From NCBI GenBank assembly GCA_046331705.1, contig JAXLQJ010000005.1, positions 1 to 64,000 on the forward strand: DNA of 64,000 bases. Reading direction: 5' to 3'. Positions 58,044 to 64,000 of this stretch are shown piece by piece (the first letter of the stretch is position 1; every line of letters begins with the position of its first letter). The translations under genes and the position numbers were made by a program. This stretch comes from a bacterium. GTDB taxonomy: Bacteria > JADJOY01. Under the pieces are notes generated by a model that did not search any database, had not been told where the DNA came from, and saw only the letters and a list, made by a program, of their open reading frames with translations.

Positions 58044-61000
58044 ATGCGGATACGGGTTTTGTCGATAGGCGCGCTCGTGCTCGTGGCGAGCGCCGTGGCC
58101 GCGTGGTGGTGGATCGACCGCGCAAGCTCGCCGCCGACGGCGATCCCGGCGCGTCCCGTCGCCGCCACGCATCCCGCCCCCGCGAATGAAGCGCTCCAAA
58201 CCACGACGGCGCCGAGCGCCGCGCCGGCGCCGCAGCGCATCTCCTTGCCCACGCTGCACGGCGAGCTGGCCCTCGCCGGGCGGGTGATCGACGAGTCCGG
58301 CCAACCCATCCCAGGCGCAACCGTGAAGCTCGCGTCGGAGTCGGTGTTGTCGCTCTCGCCGCTGGTGAAGCGCCTGTGCGATTGCAGCTGCGGCGAGCTG
58401 CTGATCCGTTGCCGCTGCGCCCGCGCCAAGAAGCTTCTGCCCGAGCTGGTGCGCAAGGCCGACGCCGAGCCGCCCGCGCAGGTCAGCACCACGGCTGGCG
58501 CCGACGGCTCGTTCGGGTTCGCGAACCTCGCCCAGGATCGCTATCGGGTGTGGGCGCGAGCGCCCGGGATGGCGGCCGGCTGGGCATCGAACGTGGCGGT
58601 GGGCACGGCGGAGGCGGCGCCGACGGAGATCACGCTGACGCCGGCGATCGAGGTGCGCGGCTCGGTCCGCACGGAAACCCACGACGCCGTGCGCGGCGCC
58701 ACGGTGGTCGCCCTCTCCGAGCTCGAGGTGGGTGGCATCGGCCGCGTGCTGAGCGCCACCGACGGGCGCTTCTCGATTCCATCCCTCGGCAGCGCCACGT
58801 ACTACCTCTACGCCAGCGCACGCGGCTTCGCATCTGCGCTCGAGAGCGAGGTGAGCCCCGGCGACGACGTGGTGCTCACGCTCGCGCGCGGCGGGGTTCT
58901 CGCCGGGCACGTCCAGGACGCGCGTGGCGCCGGTGTCGCCGACGCGACGGTGCAGGTGATCGGCGCCGAGAGCGAGAGCCCGCGTACGCGCGCCGACGGC
59001 TCGTTCCGCGTCGAAGACCTGGGTGCGGGCAAGTACAAGGTCTGGGCCGAGAAAGGCACACAGACCTCGGAGGCGATCCAGCAGATCGAGCTCGCTCGCG
59101 GCGAGAGCAAGGAAGACGTGTTGCTGCGTCTCGACGAAGGCGCGACGATCGCGGGACGGGCGTTCACCAACCCGAACGACGCTCCGGTGACCGGCGCCAA
59201 GATCGGCTTGCACCAGGAGCACCGCGGTGCCGTTCGCGAGGCGTGGAGCGACGACGACGGCCACTACGAGCTCGCGGGCGTCCCGCCGGGCGTCTACACG
59301 ATGGCGGTGGATGCGAGCGACGCGCGACTGGCGGAGCCGATCACCGTCACGGTCGCGGCGCGCGAGCGGCGCACGGTGGACCTCTCGCTCGAACGAGGAG
59401 CGACCCTCGAGGGACGGGTCACCGACTCGGGCGGCACGCCCGTGGTCGGCGCGACCATCCAGCCCCAGGACCGGACCGCGAAGAAGGCGAAGAGCGACGC
59501 GAAGGGCGAGTTCCGGATCGACGGCCTGGCCGGCAGCGCCAGGCCGAGCGGCGCCGATGGCTCGGAGACGAGCGGCGCTTCCGTCGACATCGAGGTCACC
59601 CACCCGGCGTTCATCGCCAAGCACGTTCGGGCGGGCGGGCTGGTCCCCGGCGAGAGCGTTCGGGTCGATGTCGCTCTCGAGCGCGGCGGCGCGATCCTCG
59701 GCATGGTCCTCGGTCCGGACGACGAGCCGCTCGACGGCATCGGCGTCGCGATCGTGCGCCATCGGGAAAGCGAGGCTGCGAACGCGAAAGGCGCCAGCCG
59801 CCGTGGCGCAGCGGACGACGACGAGGAAGCGGAGGACGTGACGCTCCCCAGCGCCGCCTCGAAGCACGGAGGCCGCTTCGAGCTCCGCGGCATCCCCGAG
59901 GGCACCTTCGACTTGCAGGCCGAGGGCAAGGGGATGATCCGGCTGAAACACGGGCCGATCCAGATCGCGACCGAGCAGGTGGTCGACGGGATCACGCTGC
60001 GGCTCGCGCTCGGTGAGGTGATCGAGGGGCAAGTGGTGAGCACGAAGGGCGATCCGCTCGCCGACGTCTACGTGTGGGCGCGATCCACCGTCGTGCCAAC
60101 CGACGACGCCGCCTCGAATCCCTGGTCGAAGCCGGCGACGACCGATCGCGACGGCCGTTTCCACCTCGCGGGCCTCGACTCGGGGACCTACGTGCTGCAC
60201 GGCATGAAGGACGGGCTCGAGCGCGCCGAGGTGAGCGGTATCCACTCCGGCACCCACGACGCGCGGATCGAGATGAAGGCCGCGACCAAGCTGGTCGGGC
60301 GCGTGGTCGACGCGGCGAGCGGCGAGCCGATCCATTCGTTCCGGATCGACTACCACCGGTTCACCACCGCCGACGGCACGTTCACGTACCCGGGCCTGAG
60401 CAAGGAGCGAAAGACCGCGACGGTCGTTGCCGAGGGCTATGCCACCGTCACCCTCGGCCCATTCGATTCGGATGCGGGCACGGAGGTGCAGGTCGGCACG
60501 GTGCGGCTGACGACAGGAGCGACCATCCGCGGCAGCGTGATCGATGCGCGTGGACGTCCCCGCGCGGGGATCCGGATCATGGCGATGCGCAGCGATCTCG
60601 AGGCGATGGAGCACGCGGGCATGGACGGCGGTGTCGAGCCTGCCACCGCGGATGCGGAGGGCCGGTTCGCCTTGCGGGGCCTCGGCCCGGGAACGTGGTC
60701 GTTGATGACCTTCGCCCCCCACGCCGACGACGACGACACGAGCTCGATGGGCTGGGCGACGGTGACGATCGTCGGATCGGAGACGCACGACGGAATCGTG
60801 ATCCGCGCCGGTGACCGCGCCGGCCTGCGCGACATGATGACGAATGCGATTCGAATGCAGCTGCTCCGCGACACCTCGCCGGCGGTCGCGAAGCGCCTCG
60901 GCCCAGCCGTGGACGCGGTCGCCGAGGCGCTCTCCAAGGTCATCGATCCAGCGGCGGAGGATGCCGACTCGAGCGATCCGGCGACGTGGGCGAGCCGCAT

Positions 61001-61100
61001 CGAATCCATGCTTCCCAGCAGCGACCGTTCTCCCGAGGTGCAGGAGGTGCTGAAGAAGCTCGAGGCGCAAAGCGAAGCCGCCACGAGTGCCAGCCCCTGA
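58044..61100 (+). CDS. Large membrane-anchored carboxypeptidase-regulatory-like repeat protein (about 9 repeats)
   Basis: N-terminal TM; repeated LAGRVIDESGQPIPGATV...DGSF-type units; TAGAAT -10 and GAGGA RBS upstream. Confidence 0.85.
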   Translation: MRIRVLSIGALVLVASAVAAWWWIDRASSPPTAIPARPVAATHPAPANEALQTTTAPSAAPAPQRISLPTLHGELALAGRVIDESGQPIPGATVKLASESVLSLSPLVKRLCDCSCGELLIRCRCARAKKLLPELVRKADAEPPAQVSTTAGADGSFGFANLAQDRYRVWARAPGMAAGWASNVAVGTAEAAPTEITLTPAIEVRGSVRTETHDAVRGATVVALSELEVGGIGRVLSATDGRFSIPSLGSATYYLYASARGFASALESEVSPGDDVVLTLARGGVLAGHVQDARGAGVADATVQVIGAESESPRTRADGSFRVEDLGAGKYKVWAEKGTQTSEAIQQIELARGESKEDVLLRLDEGATIAGRAFTNPNDAPVTGAKIGLHQEHRGAVREAWSDDDGHYELAGVPPGVYTMAVDASDARLAEPITVTVAARERRTVDLSLERGATLEGRVTDSGGTPVVGATIQPQDRTAKKAKSDAKGEFRIDGLAGSARPSGADGSETSGASVDIEVTHPAFIAKHVRAGGLVPGESVRVDVALERGGAILGMVLGPDDEPLDGIGVAIVRHRESEAANAKGASRRGAADDDEEAEDVTLPSAASKHGGRFELRGIPEGTFDLQAEGKGMIRLKHGPIQIATEQVVDGITLRLALGEVIEGQVVSTKGDPLADVYVWARSTVVPTDDAASNPWSKPATTDRDGRFHLAGLDSGTYVLHGMKDGLERAEVSGIHSGTHDARIEMKAATKLVGRVVDAASGEPIHSFRIDYHRFTTADGTFTYPGLSKERKTATVVAEGYATVTLGPFDSDAGTEVQVGTVRLTTGATIRGSVIDARGRPRAGIRIMAMRSDLEAMEHAGMDGGVEPATADAEGRFALRGLGPGTWSLMTFAPHADDDDTSSMGWATVTIVGSETHDGIVIRAGDRAGLRDMMTNAIRMQLLRDTSPAVAKRLGPAVDAVAEALSKVIDPAAEDADSSDPATWASRIESMLPSSDRSPEVQEVLKKLEAQSEAATSASP

Positions 61101-61143
61101 CGGCAGGCTCGTCCCGCGGCCGCGTGCGCGTTACAACCTCGCC

Positions 61144-62022
61144 GTGAAGATCGGCATCAATCTTCCGGTGATGGTGCCAGGGCTCGATCGCGCCACCGTT
61201 CTCGAGTGGTGCCGTCGCATCGACGCGGGAGCGTTCTCGACGCTCGCCGTGGGCGAGCGAAACACCTTCCCCAACCCCGAGGCGCTGGTCGCGATGTCGG
61301 TGGCGGCGGCGGTGACGGAGCGCGTGCAGCTCGCGTTCACCGTCCTGGTGAGCCCGCTGCACGCGCCACTGGTGCTGGCGAAACAGGTGGCGACGCTCGA
61401 CGTGCTCTCGGGCGGACGGCTGATCGTCGGCCTGGGCGTGGGCGCTCGCGAGGACGACTACCGCGCCGCCGGCGCACCCTTCGACGGCAAGCGTCTCGGT
61501 CGGCTGGAGGCCGACGCGGCGCTGATGCGCCGAGCGTGGGCGGGCGAACGGGTGGTCGAGGGTGCCCATCCGATCGAGCCGCGACCGCTTCAGCCTGGCG
61601 GCCCGAAGATCTGGGCAGGATCGCTGCTGCCCCAGTCGATTCGCCGCGCCGCGCGTTGGGCCGACGGCATCTGCGGCTTCAGCTTCGCGCCCTCGGCCGA
61701 CGAGATCGCGCTGCAATTCGAGGGCGCCCGCGTCGCCTGGCGCGACCAAGGTCGCGCCCAACCACCGCGGCTCGTGACCAGCTTCTGGTTCGCCCTGGGC
61801 GCCGAGGCCGACCGGCGGATGGACGAGTATCTGCGCCGCTATCTCGGCTTCTTCGGCGATCATGACGCCGAGCAGCTGCGCGCGATGTGCCAGGTGCGCT
61901 CGGCAACCGCGTTGCGCGACGCCGTGAAGATGGTCCGCGATCTCGGCGCCGACGAGCTGCTCTTGGTACCGACGACGTCCGATCCCGACGAGCTGAGCCG
62001 GCTCGCGGTTGCGCTCGCATGA
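61144..62022 (+). CDS. LLM-class (luciferase-like) flavin/F420-dependent oxidoreductase
   Basis: KIGINLP, LAVGER, AAAVTERV, LAKQVATLDVLSGGRLIVGLGVG, PRPLQPGGPKIWAG, AARWADG. Confidence 0.92.
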   Translation: MKIGINLPVMVPGLDRATVLEWCRRIDAGAFSTLAVGERNTFPNPEALVAMSVAAAVTERVQLAFTVLVSPLHAPLVLAKQVATLDVLSGGRLIVGLGVGAREDDYRAAGAPFDGKRLGRLEADAALMRRAWAGERVVEGAHPIEPRPLQPGGPKIWAGSLLPQSIRRAARWADGICGFSFAPSADEIALQFEGARVAWRDQGRAQPPRLVTSFWFALGAEADRRMDEYLRRYLGFFGDHDAEQLRAMCQVRSATALRDAVKMVRDLGADELLLVPTTSDPDELSRLAVALA

Positions 62023-62102
62023 GCCGACGCAGCAAGAGAACGCGCGCAGGGCGCAGGGCCGCCGCCGAGGCCGCTCTTGCCGCGCCGACGGAGACACGGC
62101 AA

Positions 62103-62636
62103 ATGGATCTCACGCCAGTCGCCGTCCGGCAGCCCATGGCCAACCTCGAGATTCGCTCCGCCAACCCCGCCGACGTCGAGCAGATCCTCGATTTCGTGCG
62201 GCGGCTGGCGGAATACGAGAAGCTCGGCCACGAGGTGGTCGCGACCCCCGAGCGCATCCGGCGGGCGCTCTTCGGCGGGCAGCGCTACGCCGAGTGCATC
62301 CTTGCCGAGGCGGACGGCCAACCCGCCGGCTTCGCGCTGTTCTTCCACACGTTCTCCACCTTCCTGGCCTTGCCCGGGATCTATCTCGAGGACCTGTTCG
62401 TGCTGCCCGAGCGGCGCGGCCAGGGCGTGGGCAAAGCGCTGCTCAAACGGGTGGCCGCGATCGCCGCCGAGCGCGGCTGCGGCCGCCTCGAATGGGCGGT
62501 GCTCGACTGGAACGAGCCGGCGATCGCGTTCTACCGCTCGCTCGGCTCGCAACCGATGGGCGAGTGGACCGTGCACCGGGTCACGGGTGAAGCGCTGCGC
62601 GCGCTCGCGACCTCGGCCGAGACGGCCACGAAGTGA
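62103..62636 (+). CDS. GNAT N-acetyltransferase (diamine/spermidine acetyltransferase-like)
   Basis: IRSANPADV...LAEYEKL, GFALFFHTFSTF, IYLEDLFVLPERRGQGVG, RLEWAVLDWNEPAIAFY; alternative starts 62019 and 62136. Confidence 0.92.
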   Translation: MDLTPVAVRQPMANLEIRSANPADVEQILDFVRRLAEYEKLGHEVVATPERIRRALFGGQRYAECILAEADGQPAGFALFFHTFSTFLALPGIYLEDLFVLPERRGQGVGKALLKRVAAIAAERGCGRLEWAVLDWNEPAIAFYRSLGSQPMGEWTVHRVTGEALRALATSAETATK

Positions 62637-64000
62637 GCGCGCCGGCGGCGCCCGGGCGGACCGACGCCTCGCCCAGCGCCGGCGAAGCCAAAGCCTCGGT
62701 GCTGGCCCGCGTCGCCGTGCGCTTCACGGCGTTCGCGGAGCGCTGGCTCCCCGACGCGTTCGTGTTCGCGCTGGGCGCGACGGTGCTGGTGTTCGTGGCC
62801 GGCGTCGCCATCGGCGAGCCGCCCGTGAAGCTCGTCGAGGCGTGGGGGACGGGCTTTCCCGAGCTGCTCGCGTTCACGATGCAGATGGCGCTGGTGATCG
62901 TGACCGGCTACGTGGTGGCGTCCTCGCGGCCGATCTATCGCGCCATCGGCTGGATCGCCGATCGTGCTCCCCACTCGCCGCGCGGCGCCGTGGCCACCGT
63001 CGCGCTCTTCGCGATGGTGTCGTCCTGGTTCAACTGGGGATTCAGCCTGATCTTCTCGGCGGTGCTGGCGAAGGAGCTCGCTCGCCGGACACGCGGCGTC
63101 GACTACCGGGCGCTCGCCGCGGCGTCTTTCCTGGGGCTCGGCAGCGTGTGGGCGCAAGGGCTCTCGGGCTCCGCCGCGCTGCAGATGGCGACGGCGTCGG
63201 CGCTGCCCAAGGCCGTGCGCGACATCGTCGCCCACGACGGCGCGATCCCCGACGGCATCGTGCGCTTCGATCACACGATCTTTCTCTGGCAGAGCCTTGC
63301 CGCCGTCGCCATCGAGATCGTCGTCGTCACGGTGGTGATGGCGCTGGCGGCGCCGCGCGGAGCCGCCGCCCGAGACGCGGCCGCCCTCGGCATCGATCTC
63401 GGCCCGCCCCTCGATCGAGCGGACGAGCTGCCGCCGCCTCGCACGCCCGGCGAGCGGATCGAGCACTCCCCTGCGCTCATGCTCGCGATCGCGGCGCTCG
63501 GCGCCACCTACCTCGCGCTCTCACTGCGCAAGACCGGGATCACCGGCCTCACGGTCAACACCATCAACCTGGCGATGCTGCTGGTGGGCTTCGTGCTCCA
63601 CGGCACGCCGGCGCGGCTCATGAAGGCGGTGCGCGAGGCCACGCCCGCGACCTGGGGCGTGCTGCTCCAGTTCCCGTTCTACGGTGCGATCTCGGGCATG
63701 ATCGCGAGCACCGCGCTCAACGCGAAGATCGCCCATCTCTTCGTGGGGGTCTCGACCAAGCTCACGTTCCCGGCGTTGGTCGCCGCGTACTCGGCAGTGC
63801 TCGGGGTGTTCGTGCCGTCGGGCGGCGGCAAATGGATCATCGAGGCGCCGTACGTGATTCGCGCGGCGCACGAGATGGGTGCGCACATCGGCTGGACCGT
63901 GAGCTGCTACGACCTGGGAGAAGCCATCGCCAATCTGGTGCAGCCGTTCTGGATGCTGCCGGTGCTGGCGCTCTTGGGGCTGCGCGCTCGCGACGTGATG
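62633..64000 (+). CDS. atoE: Short-chain fatty acid transporter AtoE (3' end outside the window; absent from the ORF track)
   Basis: My translation from the GTG overlapping the GNAT stop: FAERWLPDAFVFA, FTMQMALVIVTGY, NWGFSL, VDYRAL, GLSGSAALQMAT, LLQFPFYGAI, FVPSGGGKW, NLVQPFWMLPVLALLGLRARDVM. Confidence 0.92.
   Translation, partial: MSAPAAPGRTDASPSAGEAKASVLARVAVRFTAFAERWLPDAFVFALGATVLVFVAGVAIGEPPVKLVEAWGTGFPELLAFTMQMALVIVTGYVVASSRPIYRAIGWIADRAPHSPRGAVATVALFAMVSSWFNWGFSLIFSAVLAKELARRTRGVDYRALAAASFLGLGSVWAQGLSGSAALQMATASALPKAVRDIVAHDGAIPDGIVRFDHTIFLWQSLAAVAIEIVVVTVVMALAAPRGAAARDAAALGIDLGPPLDRADELPPPRTPGERIEHSPALMLAIAALGATYLALSLRKTGITGLTVNTINLAMLLVGFVLHGTPARLMKAVREATPATWGVLLQFPFYGAISGMIASTALNAKIAHLFVGVSTKLTFPALVAAYSAVLGVFVPSGGGKWIIEAPYVIRAAHEMGAHIGWTVSCYDLGEAIANLVQPFWMLPVLALLGLRARDVM

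Overview
High-GC (roughly 70% by eye), gene-dense bacterial chromosomal window with about 50 protein-coding genes. I found no rRNA, tRNA, CRISPR array, transposase, integrase or phage gene. A MYXO-CTERM-like tail, TSP3-repeat and carboxypeptidase-regulatory-repeat surface proteins and a sigma-54 promoter suggest a Gram-negative Myxococcota/'deltaproteobacterial'-type organism (inference only). Recognisable housekeeping and metabolic genes: mutY, recR, fumC, pepN-like M1 and M24 aminopeptidases, amt, a wecE-like aminotransferase, moeB/moeZ, an NCS2 permease, partial atoE, an enoyl-CoA hydratase, a TPP enzyme, L-asparaginase II and an argA-like acetyltransferase. These are interleaved with many uncharacterised envelope genes. 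The best candidate for an undescribed system is the 16-24 kb locus: a cobalamin-dependent radical SAM gene followed by two paralogous polytopic-membrane/beta-propeller genes (translationally coupled to the first), a divergent cytochrome P450 and a convergent GT-C-type glycosyltransferase. Other candidates are an 890-aa fusion of an exported domain to a MOP-type flippase with nearby sugar oxidoreductase and aminotransferase genes, a LamG-like plus CxxCH lipoprotein, and a TolC-desaturase-HpnK/YdjC operon. Non-coding signals include a clear sigma-54 promoter with enhancer-like sites upstream of amt, several strong hairpins, probable leaderless genes and an interrupted ORF at the left edge. All functional calls come from motif recognition by eye; no database searches were run.
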